Source: Lama guanicoe (lineage: Eukaryota). From it: a stretch of 64,000 nt of DNA. The position numbers and the translations under genes are program-made. The stretch is from assembly GCA_013239625.1 (NCBI GenBank), contig MU053588.1, positions 3,438,799 to 3,502,798 on the forward strand, written 5' to 3'. Under the pieces are notes generated by a model that was not told the DNA's origin, made no database searches, and was given only the letters and a program-made list of their open reading frames with translations. This document shows, piece after piece, positions 1 through 12,500 of the stretch (positions are counted from its first letter, which is position 1; each line of letters starts with the position of its first letter).

Positions 1-334
1 TGCACATTCTGTTATCTCTCTGGGCCATCCTGGCCTCCGCTCAGGGCCTTGGATTCCCTGCACCCTCCCTTCTCCCTTTCTGGCCCTGTCTCTGTGTTTC
101 CTCCTTGTGGCTCTGACTTCTGCTTGTGGTTCTCTCTGGGCCTGTCCCCTTCCCAGTCTTTCTCTCCCTCTCCCCTTTTGTCCCCACTGCCACTCTCTAT
201 TTCTCTGGGTATATCTGTCTTCATCTCTGTCTCTCTCTTCTCCTCCATTTTTCTCCCCTGTCTCTTCTTATCATGGTGGTTCTCTCTCCTCTTTTTCTAT
301 CCCTTTTCTCCCCACCTACCATGTCTCTCCACAG

Positions 335-508
335 GCTGAGCCCCTACGAGTGGTATAACCCGCACCCGTGCCTGCGGGCGCGCCCCCACATCCTGGAGAA
401 TCAGTACACGTTGGGCAACAGTCTCTGGTTCCCCGTGGGGGGCTTCATGCAGCAGGGCTCGGAGATCATGCCCCGGGCGCTGTCCACACGCTGCGTCAGC
501 GGAGTCTG
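335..508 (+). CDS. GRIK5: GRIK5 exon (M2 pore loop)
   Basis: acag|G..TG|gtgag; [12 protein letters not shown]...[24 protein letters not shown]. Confidence 0.96.
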
Positions 509-3500
509 GTGAGAGGCTGTCTGTCTGCCCCACCTGGGGCTGGGGGCTGGGGGCTGGGGGACCCATTCCTGTTACACACGCCAGCTGTGTGACAGGGATG
601 CGGTGGGAAGCAGTGAGCCCCAGCTCTGCCACTCACTAGCTGTGTGACTTTGGGTTGGCTGTATGCCCTCTTCATGCCTCAGTCTCTTTGTCTGAGAAAT
701 GGGGATTAAAATGTCCATGTCTCAGGTTGTAAGGGTTCAGTGAGGCTATGATGGAAAAGTGCTCCTGCTGACCTGAGGGAGTATAATCAGGACAGCATCA
801 ATGTTATCACTGTCTTAGACATTGCCCGGGCAGTCACAGGGACTTAGGATCCTGGAGCCAGGACAGCCTTCACTGTCCAGAGACCGAGGCTGAGAGGCAC
901 TTGCTCCCTCAAAGTCCCACAGGGACCTAGTACCTTGGACAGAACTTATCATGCCCCCAAGACAAGCTTCAAGAAGCTACATGTCAGAGAGCAGATGCCG
1001 ATAACTGATGGTGTCTGGCCCATAGTTTAAATTTTTTTGAATTAGTTGGCATTTTAAAATTGGGCAAATTCACTCACACATTTAGATTTCTCACTCTTCT
1101 TGAAGACTCGGGAGACCTGGTAGTGCTCGGCTGGCATTCCCTCCTGGCATTGATGTCCGTTCCGTGGGCCTCGGCCACCTCTGCCCCGTCAGTCACTTTC
1201 GGGCCCAGCATCCACAAGCACTTGCATTTGCTGCCTTGTCATTCCAGGAGCAGCTGAGCTTGGTGGCAGCTCATGTAACCTTTCTCACCTCCTTTTCCTC
1301 ATTAGAACCACAGAAAGCTGAGGTGAATGTTTAGGACGAGGAATATTCTCCAGGTTTTATGAATTAGAAGACTGAGACCTGGAGAGAGGGAGTAATTTGC
1401 TAAAGAGCATGCATTCAGCTAGAGGCCGGGCCAGGCAGAGCCAGCCTTTCTCCCCAGTGCCACTCCCCCGGCAGGCCCTCAGCACTGCCTGTGCCCGGCC
1501 CTGCTCCCCCGGCCTTGGGTGGCCTCTCCAGGGCAGCCGAAGCATCGGGCCTTTTCAGGGAGTGCTTCCTCCTTGGCCTCCTCCCCGTCAGTCAGAATTC
1601 ACACATCAGTAGTCATTCAGCGACAGATGCTTCTCAGGCCTCTCCGTGTGCCAGGCACTCAGGTGAAAAATCAGCCCTCAAGAGGCAGAGTCGCTGAGAA
1701 TAAATGAACAAACAGATAAATAAACACAGGGACATCATATTTCATGTCAAGAATATGTCCCAAACATACTGTCTAATTCAAAACTTGTTTACTTGAGATT
1801 AACCATAATGGTGGCAGGTTTTTCTCTCCCCCAACCCAGTGAGACTAACTACTATCTGGCAGTCATTTGCAATTTGCTTAGTCCATTGGCTTTGAAACTT
1901 TTGAATCTTGATGATTTTTTGTTTAACACTTTGGAATTGGCATCATTTTGAGAGTTATACCCTGCATTCGTTCCCTATGGCTGCTGCGGTAAATCACCAC
2001 AAAATCAGTGGCTTAAAAACAACAACAGTTTATTCTCTTACAGTTCTGGAGATCAGAAGTCCAAAATAGATACCACTGTGCTAAAATCAAAGTGTTGGCA
2101 GGGCCGGTTCTTCTGCAGGCTCTAGGGGAGGATCCATTTCCTTGCCTTTTCCAGCTTTTAGAAGCTGCCTGTGTTCCTGGGCTTGTGGCCCCTTCCTCCG
2201 TGTTCAGAGCCAGCAGGGTAGCATATTCAGATCTCTCTCTCTGACTCTGACCTCCTTGTTCCACTTATAAGGACCCTTGTGATTCCACTGGGGCCCCCTG
2301 GATAATCCGGCCTACTCTCCCCATCACAAGATACTTAACTTAATCATGCCTGCCAAGACCCTTTTCCCCTGTGAGGGGACATACTCACAAGTTCCAGGGA
2401 TTAGGACGTAGACGTCTTTGGAGCAGGGCTTTCTTCTGCCTCCTACTGCGCACCCCGAGTGAACTTTGTTAATGTTTTCAATATAGTGATGTATCAGATG
2501 CGCGTAAATTGTGCTTTTTGAAGAACCAAACGGTGCAGTGAGAGAGAACCGTAGAGAATGGAGGTGCTCAGGGAAGGCCCCTCCGAGGAGGTGACATCTA
2601 GGCTGAGTCCTGAAGGTGAAAACAGAGGCATGCCTGCCGAGGAGAGGGAGGCACGCTCCAGCCAGACAGGAGAGGGCTGCGTGTGTGAGGAGGTAGCTGA
2701 GAGGACGTGAGGAGACCTGCCGTGACAAATCTGGCTGAGTCCCCCGGTCAGATGGGGGACCAGTGACCGCCTCTCTACAGGCCATCCTTTCTGCGCCTCT
2801 GCCAGAGACCCCCTTCTCCATCTGGGCATTCTATGCCCCCTTCCTTGCTGTCAACCTGGAAGCCCCCCATCCTGCCCCCTCCCTCACTGGGGCCTTTGAC
2901 CCCAGGCTCACTCTTACCTCCACCCTGAGTCCTCATTCGCTCATTCAACAGATGTTTCAGTAGATGTTTATTAATCTCCAAATGGGACCTTAGCCCGGTG
3001 ATTGAGCAGGCCTTAGCCAGTGGTAGGGCAGTGGGGGTGGGTGCCAGGACCCTGGGCACTTGGCTGCCACCTGAATTAGCAGCAGCCTGGCCAGATCCTG
3101 TCTCCAGAAACTGCACCCAAGGGCTCGGTGTCATTCAGGGCAGCTCTGCCTTGAAAGTCAGTGTTTCTGAGTTTACGTTCTGACCCTGTCCCTGTCCTTC
3201 CAGGGCTCTCCCTCAATCGCTGCCGTGAGGTGTGTCTTTTGATCTCCTTTCCTGTTCTCTGAGCCCCACCTGCTTTCATCTCTGTCCACCTAGGTAGGCT
3301 CCTAGGCCATTTCTTCAGGTGTTCCTTTGCCATTGTCCTCAACTTCTCCCACTTCTCCTTCCACTCCTCCTTTCCTCATGCCTTCCTGCAGGAAAGCTGC
3401 CAAACCTCACATCTGACCAGCAGCTTGGCTCCCCCACCCCCCGTTCCCCCAGGGCACATGGGCCCCCTTTATTGATGCGTCCAATACATACCCTGTTAGC

Positions 3501-6500
3501 TACCCTCTTTCTAGAAACTTTTTGCTTTTAGGCTGCTGTGTGCTTCTGGTTTCCTCCCACCTCTTTCGATCCTCTGTTTCATTTCACTGTGGGTTCCTTT
3601 GGCCCTTGCTCTCTCTCACCTGGAATGCCTCACTCCACACCAGTGATTTTTCAGTGCTCACAGACTCAGTGCCCTCTTTTTATAACAAATATTTTGTAAC
3701 ATCTCTTTTCCACCCTAGTGAAACTCAAGGATAATGTATCTACCTACACACCTACCTACTGATTAAAATCAATATAATGCTCTAATTGCAATACAGAGGA
3801 GAAAGGGGGCAGAGACTGATGATAAAACAATAGGATAGTACCATGTAAACGTGTGGGCAGGACTGTGCTGGAGGACCGAATGCAGTGCCTACGGGTGATG
3901 GATACGACTGGAATTATGAGAAGTAAGACCATTTAGTAGAATTATGTCGACACCTGAGACTTGACACTTTGAAATAGCTGGCAAATAAGTGTATTTGTAC
4001 AAATACAAATCACCGCGAGGGTGATGATTTCCCAATGCAGCTGGTCTGAGTGTCTTCACTTGGTGACTCAAATACCACAAGCAGTGTTGCTGTCAGAGAC
4101 GCAATTTCCCAAAATGGTGAACGGTTCTTGGCAAAGTTTCAAACAAAACAACATCCAGTTGTTCCTCAATCTAAACAATAGGTGTATTTCTAGAAATTTT
4201 GGTTTCTATTATAGCCATGCAAAAAATACTTCGGTTTTTGGGGTGGGGAGGGTATGGCTCAGTGGTAGAGCACATGGTTAGCATGCACGAGGTCCTAGGT
4301 TCAATCCCCAGTACCTCCATTTAAACAAACAAACAAACAAAACTTTGGTTTTTATGTGTCAAGGAGTTAGACTAAGGTAATCAAATACCAGATTTTCCCT
4401 GCGTTCAGACTGGGTTGCATTAGTCTATACCTGCCCCCACCCACTGACACCAGATGACCTCAATCACTCTGGCCATCAGAGTGCCCCACACCTAACCAAG
4501 CACCTTCCTCCAGCACCTCCCACCCCTGGGACACTATCCACCCAGGGACCACCACTCTGTACACTCCAGAGCCATCTCGTCCACCTGGGCTTCCTTTGCT
4601 CTTCATAACTGACACTTCCCAAGTCTGCATCTCCATACCTCTCCGAGCTCTTGTCATTACTCCCAAATCAGACTCCCCACCTGTGTTCCCCTGCTCTGTG
4701 AGTGGCCCCATCTCCCCCACCAGCACCACCACCAGTCAGCCACACTGCGTCCTCAGGATCTAGGAGGTGCCTTGTGTGTGTCAGGCTCTGAATAATTTTG
4801 TCTTGAGTGAATGACAGCATTGACCTATTGGATGGGTTTGGAGAAATTCGGTTTCCAGAGAGACTATTTCAGACCCCGGGTCTTTGTGTGTGTTAGGTTT
4901 TGGTTTTCTTTTGCAGAAGGCATGTTATCCATCCCCTTATCTTCCACTCCACCCCCATCCCAGTCCCTAGCACAGCACTGTGCATACGTGCTCAGCAAAG
5001 GACAGTGGCTGTTTTCTTCATTATCTGCTGGAGGAGGAGGTGGTCTGGGAGGCCCACTGAGCATCTCCCCTGTCCTCAGGCCCCACAAATGTGTACATCT
5101 GCAAGGAGACTGGCCACTCTCACCTCACCTCACCAGGCGGGAGGACAGAGAGGGCCAGGGTAGCTGCCTTTGGGTCTTTGAGCCAGGCCAGTGGGTGCCT
5201 CTTCTCCCAAGTCAGTCCTGAGTCACCAAGACAAGAGCACACACGTGCACGGCACTTGCTCTGTGCCAGATGTAACTCACTCTTACGACAGCCCTGTGAA
5301 GAGGGGCCTACGATTATACTTAACCTCACAGGTGAATCCAAGGTCTCACAGCTAGCCAGTGATGGAGGCAGGATTTGGGGATTTTCCACAGACCTTTCTG
5401 TTATTGATTTCTACTTTATCTCCACTGTGGTCAGAGAACATTCTCTGTAGGATTTTAATCCTTTGCAATTTATTGAGACTTGTTTTATGGCTCAGCATAT
5501 GGTCTGTCCTGGTAAATGTGCTATATGTACTCTCACAGTGTGTATCCTGCTGTTGGTGGGTGCAGTGTCTATAAATGGCAATTAGGGCCAGTGGGTTATT
5601 CATGTCTTCTGTGTGCTTACTGACTTTCTGTCTACTTGTTCTATCAATTATTAAGAGAGGAGTGTTGAGATCTCTACCTGTAATTGTGGAGAAATTGTAT
5701 CTATTTCTCTTTTCAGTTCTGTCAGTTTGTGCTTCATGACTTTTGAAGCTCTGTAATTAGGTGCATAAATGTTTAGGATTGTTGCATCCTCTTGCTGAAC
5801 TGACGCCTTTGTTATTATATAACATTCCTCTTTGTTCCTGGTAAATTCCTCGTTCTGAGGTTACCTTTATTTGATATTCATGTAGCCACACTCGCTTTCT
5901 TATTCTTAGTGTTTGCATAGTCTATCTTTTTCCCATCCTTTCACTGTCAGCCTACCTGTATTGTTACATTTAAACTGGGTTTCTTATAGGCAGCATACAC
6001 TTAGGCCTCGGACCAGGGTTGGCAAACACTTTCAGTATTGGGCCAAATAGTAAATCTTTTAGGCTTTTCTGGACATACAGTATCTGTTGCAACTACTCAA
6101 CTCTGTAGTGCGAAAGCAGCCATGATTGAATGAGTGTGGCTGTGTTCCAATAAAACTTTATGGACCCTGACACTGAAATTTAAATTTTATGTGTCGTGTG
6201 TCATGAACTATTACTCTTCTTTCATCATTAGCCATTTAAAAATGTGAAAATCATTCTTAGCTTGTGGGCTGTGCAAAAAGACAGCAAGTCAGATTTGGCC
6301 TGTGGGCCATAGTTTGCCTACCCCTGGCTGAGACCATTTACCTATAATGTAATTATTGACGTGGTTAGGTTTAAATCTGCCAACTTGCTGTTTGTTTTTT
6401 ATTTGTCTCTTCTTTGTTCTTTTTTCCCTCTTTTCCTCCTTTCTTTCTGATTTATTGAGATTGTTAGGGTTCTGTTTTATGTCCACTATTGACTTATTAA

Positions 6501-9500
6501 CTATACTTCTTTTTTACATTTTTCTTAGTAGTTGCTCTGGGTTTACAATATGCATTTTTTAACTTACTGCAAAATGCTTTCAAGTAATATTATACCACTT
6601 CACATAAGATGTAAGAACTTATAATAGAATGCCTCCATCTCTGCCATCTTTTGGGCTGCTGTTGTCAGATATATTATTTCTGCATATCTTATGACCCACA
6701 CAGTATATTAGGCTTATGTATATGTGTGTTTGCTTAAGCAGTGTCTTTTAAAGAAACTGTAAAATGAGGACTATATCTTTTGTATTTGCTCACACATCTG
6801 CCATTTCTGGTGCTCTTCATTTCTTCATATACGTGCACATATCTATCCATCTAGTATTTTCCTTTTACCTGAAGAACTTCTTTTACTATTTCTTGAAGTG
6901 CAGGTCTGCTGGCAATTAGTTCTCCCAGCTTTTGTTTGTATGAATAATTTGTTAGTGTGCTTTCTTCTTTGAAGCATCTTTTTGCTGGACATGGGATTCT
7001 TCTTTCCACACATTGTTGCATTGTCTTCTGGCTTGCATGCTTTCTGACAGGAAGTCTACTGTCACTCTGTCTACTGGCAGTAGACTTTGCTTCTCTGTGT
7101 GTAATATGTTTTCTCCTTTTCTAGCTGCTTTTTGTTGTTTTTTTGTTTGTTTGTTTGTTTTGGGTGGGGGGCGGTAATTAGGCTTTTTTATGTATTTTTA
7201 GAAGAGGTACATGAGGATTCAACCCAGGACCTTGTGCATGCTAAGCATGTGCTCTGCCACTGGAGCTATACCCTCTCCCCTTTGAATGTATTACTTTAAA
7301 GAGTCTTGGACTCTTTCTAGAAGGCAGTTTAGTTACTTTGAATTTAGTTACTTTTGATCCTTTCCAGGCCTGTTTTTAAGCTCTTTTGGGTAGGTTTAGC
7401 CTAGCCTTTATTCTACAGCTAACAACTCTATTTCTAACGTGTTATCCCTTTGGGTCTCTACTGAATGGCTTTTGTATTCAGTGAAGTCTCTCTACTCTGG
7501 TTGGAGGGAGCTCAAAAGAGTCCCAGCCCTGTGTGAGCCCTGGGAATTGTTCTTTCTTTGCAAACTGTTTTTATATAACCCCTTGGCGTTTTACCCCATA
7601 CATACACAGATTGATATTTGGCCAAAAGGACTCCATGCAGATTTCTAGAGCTCTCTGTGTGCAACTCCTCCCTCTTGGCCTTCTTGATCTCTGGTCTGAT
7701 CTCCATCTCCGCAACTCAGTGAGATTGCCAGACTATTTAGGTTTTCCTTCCTGGCACTACAGTCTGTAAGTTAAATCCAAGCAGACAGCCTGGGAAATGA
7801 CAAGTCTCACTTCATTTGTTTCTCTTTTCTCAGGGATCGCTGTCCTGTGATGCCTGTTGTCCTTTGTCTTTGTCATTTCCTATATTCTGTTCAGTTTTCT
7901 AGTTCACAGCGGGAGGATATTTCCAGACCATCTTATTCTCTTGTGTCTGGGAAGAGAAATCTCTGGAAGTAATATTTAAACCCAGAGAGTCTGGCTCCAG
8001 AATCTATCCTCTCAGCCTCTCCCCTAGTCAGCAGTCAGTGAGCCTTCTAGATGCTGGGGTCACTGAAGGGGCACACCACCAATGGGGCGCATGACCACTG
8101 GGGCCGGGTGGCAGGTATGGCTCCAGCCTGTAGCTCACCCCTCCCACCCCTCAGGTGGGCCTTCACTTTGATCATCATCTCCTCCTACACGGCCAACCTG
8201 GCCGCCTTCCTCACCGTGCAGCGCATGGAGGTGCCCGTGGAGTCGGCTGACGACCTGGCAGACCAGACCAACATTGAGTATGGCACCATCCACGCTGGCT
8301 CCACCATGACCTTCTTTCAGGTGGGGCCACCAGAGCCACCCGGGCTTGGTGTTGGGATCCCCGCCACACACAGCAGCTCAGGATGGGGCAGGGTATTCCT
8401 CAGAAGGTTCCCGCAGGGCCTACTGGAAGTCAGCTGGCCTACTTGGCATGGATGGGGGTCTTCCTGAACTAGGCTGGGCCCTGGGGAGAAATGGGGGTTG
8501 AGCGTCTTCTCCCAGCTTCTGTGAAGAAGTCCTGGGAACACCAGGAAGGCAGGGCTGGGTGTCAAGCTGAGCTGAGGCCCAGGGGTGGAAGAGAACAAAA
8601 GGCTTGAAAAATAGACTGTGCCCCCTTCCTCCCAAGCCTTCAGTCCTCAGGGTCCTTGCTTGGCTGGTGGGTGTGGGGATAACTTGGACTTGGCATTGAG
8701 CAGTCTGCCTGTCTTCCTCTGGTCTCCTCACTCTCTTGGGTTGAGGGAGACTTCCTGGAGGGCAGGGGACAGGGCTCAGGAGAGAGGAAAGTGGACAGAC
8801 CCTCACCTGTCTTCCCCTTGTGCCCCCTCTGCCCAGAATTCACGGTATCAGACGTATCAGCGTATGTGGAACTACATGCAGTCAAAGCAGCCAAGCGTGT
8901 TTGTCAAGAGCACAGAGGAGGGCATTGCCCGCGTCCTCAACTCCCGCTACGCCTTCCTGCTCGAGTCCACCATGAACGAGTACCACCGGCGCCTCAACTG
9001 CAACCTCACCCAGATCGGGGGCCTCCTCGACACCAAGGGCTACGGCATCGGCATGCCGCTGGGTATGGCAGCAGCGGGGCTGGGGGTGCGTGGGGGCCCT
9101 GGGTGTCCGAAACCAAGCCCTGCGAACAGGCCGGGGAGTGGGCCAGGCCCTCCCAGTGGCAGGCTGGGTGTGCTGTGTGTGGCCTCCCATGTGTATGGCC
9201 TTGGGCAAGTGACTTCCTCAACCTGCAGAAACAGGCCTGGTAGCAGTCAGTTCCAGCCCCGCAGGGCTGTTGGGAGAACCCAGTGAGACTGCGCACAACT
9301 CGGTGCGTGTCAGTGCACGTGGGCCATGAGGCTTGCCGCCTTCCCGCTTTGGCCTTCAGGCCCCTGAGACTGAGGACCTGATTTTATTTGCTTCATACTC
9401 TCTGCACCAAACCCAAAGCCTGGCTTGCAGAGCAGGCGCTCAGGAAATGGATAATGGATGCCATTGGATGGATGGAAGGGAGAGAGGGAGGGGAATGATG

Positions 9501-12500
9501 GATGGCTCTGCCACGGAGACGGACATGCTTTTCCATGGCTCGGTGCTGGGACATCACCACCAATTTTGTCACCAAATTTTGGCATTTTGGTTTCTAAACC
9601 CATCTATATTCAGGTGACGGCTACATTACCTACCTTTAACTGCATAATCAGTTACTCCAGGTCTTAGTAGCTTTGTGGTAGGGTCAGTGCTGTGCTGGGG
9701 AAGCAGTGGAGACTGCTGCTTTGGTCATCTGTTGAGTCAGGGAGGAAGCTGGGATCTGAATTCAGGTTGATGTGACTTTAGAGCCTGGACTGAAGTAAGG
9801 AAAGGAACATTCCAGGTGGAGGCAAAGGTCCTAAGGGAGCCCCAGGTGGCGGGACCAGTAAAAGCAGGATCCTGTTGGCTGAGGAAAGAACGTTTTTTTC
9901 AAGTTGCAACCAGAAGCCATTGGAAAGTTTTAAGCACCAGAGAGGCATGATCTATGCTTTTGTTTCTGAAATTGTCACTCTGGCTGCTGTACTGGGTGGG
10001 GGGTGAGGGGAGGCCATAGGGAGGGGGTGGTGACAGATGTAACATCTGGGGGCTTGGCCCAGGGTGGTCACAGGGGAGGTGGCAAGCAACAGCCAGACTC
10101 GAAGGTAGATGGGGGATGCGGCAGAGCCAGGAGGAGAGGCCATGGTGAGAGAACACTTGGAGTTTGGGTGGGCAGGGCTCCGGGGCCCCAATGGCCAGTC
10201 CACCCCGTCGTGTGCCCGGTCCAGGCTCCCCATTCCGGGATGAGATCACACTGGCCATCCTGCAGCTTCAGGAGAACAACCGGCTGGAGATCCTGAAGCG
10301 CAAGTGGTGGGAAGGGGGCCGGTGCCCCAAGGAGGAGGACCATCGAGCTAAAGGTCAGCCACCCCTGCACGCCGTGCCCTTCCCCAAGGCCCCTGCTGGC
10401 CCCTGGCCCACACGCCCCACACCTGGCTCCCCTTCTCGGCCCCCAGGTTTGGGCATGGAGAACATTGGCGGCATTTTTGTTGTGCTCATCTGTGGCCTCA
10501 TCATTGCTGTCTTCGTGGCTGTCATGGAGTTCATATGGTCCACGCGGAGGTCGGCAGAGTCTGAAGAGGTAAGGAGGCTGGTGAAGGGTGTGTGGGGGGA
10601 AGTGGGACCCCAGGGGCAGAGGGCAGGAAGACTGAGGCATTGGGAGGAATGCGAGAGGCTGGGATGAGCCTGGGAGGAGCCAGGGAGGTGAGAGAGGATC
10701 CAAGAGACTCCAGGGGTGGAGCAGATCCATGAAGAAGTGAGAGCAGAGGAAGCCAGCGTCCCCGGGCATGAGGGAGGGCAGAGGGAGAAGAGGGCGCAGG
10801 CAGAGATGAGGATGCAGGTGAGGGAGTGAGGAGGGGCAGAGAGAAGGATTCGGGGAGAGGCCTAGGTGGTAAAGCAAGAAGAAATAGGAGGAGAGACAGG
10901 TGAGGAGCATGCAGCTGAACGTGACAGCAAGAACACAGACTTGCTGGCTGGTCTCACGCTCTGTTCAGGCGTGGTGCTGTCCGGACCGTCATGCTCTGCT
11001 CTCCTACAGGATTGCGACTTCCCCATCTCTGCCAGCCTCCAACCCCTCCTCCCCTTCCTCGCTTTCAGCTGATGACCTTGCTTCTGCTCCTGCCTGAGGA
11101 AAGCAGGAGTCAAAGAGCATACCAAGACCCACCTCCACATTTAGCCACCTGCCTGCTTTCTCCACTCGCCCCATTAGTTACTCTAAATGAATATCCATGC
11201 TCCTTGCTAAGGCACCCTCCACTTGTGCCCCATCTCCTCTCTCACCTTGCCAAGGACATCCCTCAGCCGTTTTCTCCTTCCCTCCTGCATCATCAGTTTT
11301 CCTTTCTACTGGATCAAGCCTGGCAGCATATAAAGGTGCTGTCATTTCTTCCATCTTCAAGAAACCCTCTCTAGACCCCACTCCCCCTCCCAGCCACCAT
11401 CGCATTTCTCCCCTTCTGCTGCAGCCTTGTCAGAGTGTGTCCCTCTGCTGTTTCCAGTTTCTGTCCTCCCATTCATTCTTGGGCACACTCCCATCTAGCT
11501 TCTGTCCCCACCTCTCTACTGAAGCCAGTCTCATCACCAGCGACCTCCACATCTGAAATCCAGTGCCCCAGTCTCTGACCTCATCATGGTAAGGTAGCCA
11601 TGGGCTTTAGCACAGCCGATCGCTCTCTCCTCACAGCCCTCTCTTCCCTGCTCCTGCCCCATTGTCCTCCTACCTCTCCGGCACTCTTCTGTCAGGGGGC
11701 TCTAGGGCTCAGTCCTCGGACTGCTTCTCTTCTCTTTCTCCACTGCCTCGGTTATCCCATTCAGCCAATGATTCATAAGACCATCTGTATGCAGCTGACT
11801 CCTGTATTGTTATCTTTTGCCATGTAACAAATTATCCCTCAGGTTAGCAACTTAAAACAGCCAGCTTATATCAGTTCATAGTTTCTGTAGGTCAGGAATC
11901 TGGGAGCAGCTTAGCTGGGTGGTTCTGGCTGCCCAGTGTCTCTGGTGAGGTCATGGTCATGAGGTTGGCTGGGGCTGCTGTGGTCTGGAGGCCCGACTGG
12001 GGCTGGAGGATCCACTTCCAAGATGGTTCACTGTCTCAAAATATACCTGTAGGGCTTTAATTTGTGGAGGTGACTGAGTGATGACATGGAGGGGCCAATG
12101 TCATTGAAACAATGTATTACTCACATTACCTGAGAGGAGAGGGTCCACCATGCCATCTAGGGCCACAAGGGAAGCACCAGGTTTGGTCAGGGGGCAGATG
12201 GAGGGAGAGGGAAACCCAGGCCAGAGCCTTTTTCGGGCTTTCCATGGGAAGGGCAAGGCTGGTAGGAAAACAGCTTAGGATCGGGCAGTGTAAATACTGT
12301 CAGCAGGCTCTGGGCTACTGGGTGGTGGTCTTTAGTTGGGTCAGCTCTCGTCCTGGGTTGATTTAGGGCAGGGAAAATACTAGCTGGTGTGTGGAAGTCA
12401 GATATGAAAGGTATGAAAGGTGGGCTCCCAGCCCTTTGCTGTTCCTAAGAATTGGCTAGCTCTGGGAGGGCAGTCTCTCCCTGGATACCAAGATGTCAAA

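Larger units (their letters stand above)
5385..7950 (-). mobile_element. Old LINE-1 (L1M) 3' fragments
   Basis: T-rich; minus-strand translation resembles the L1 ORF2 endonuclease ([31 protein letters not shown]). Confidence 0.75.

Noticed and set aside
447..458. Q/R-site RNA editing at MQQG
   Set aside because: GluK5 is not known to be edited here, and I saw no complementary intronic ECS.
4240..4320. tRNA-like sequence with A and B boxes (also at 26580, 32881, 34664)
   Set aside because: These are SINE heads with tails and TSDs, not tRNA genes.
7052..7087. Short quasi-palindrome GTCTACTG-G-CAGTAGAC with an upstream copy
   Set aside because: Inside an old L1; likely a neutral template-switch duplication and too short for an ncRNA.
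10973..10982. RE1 half-site GGTGCTGTCC in the GRIK5 last intron
   Set aside because: Only one clear half-site; plausible by chance.
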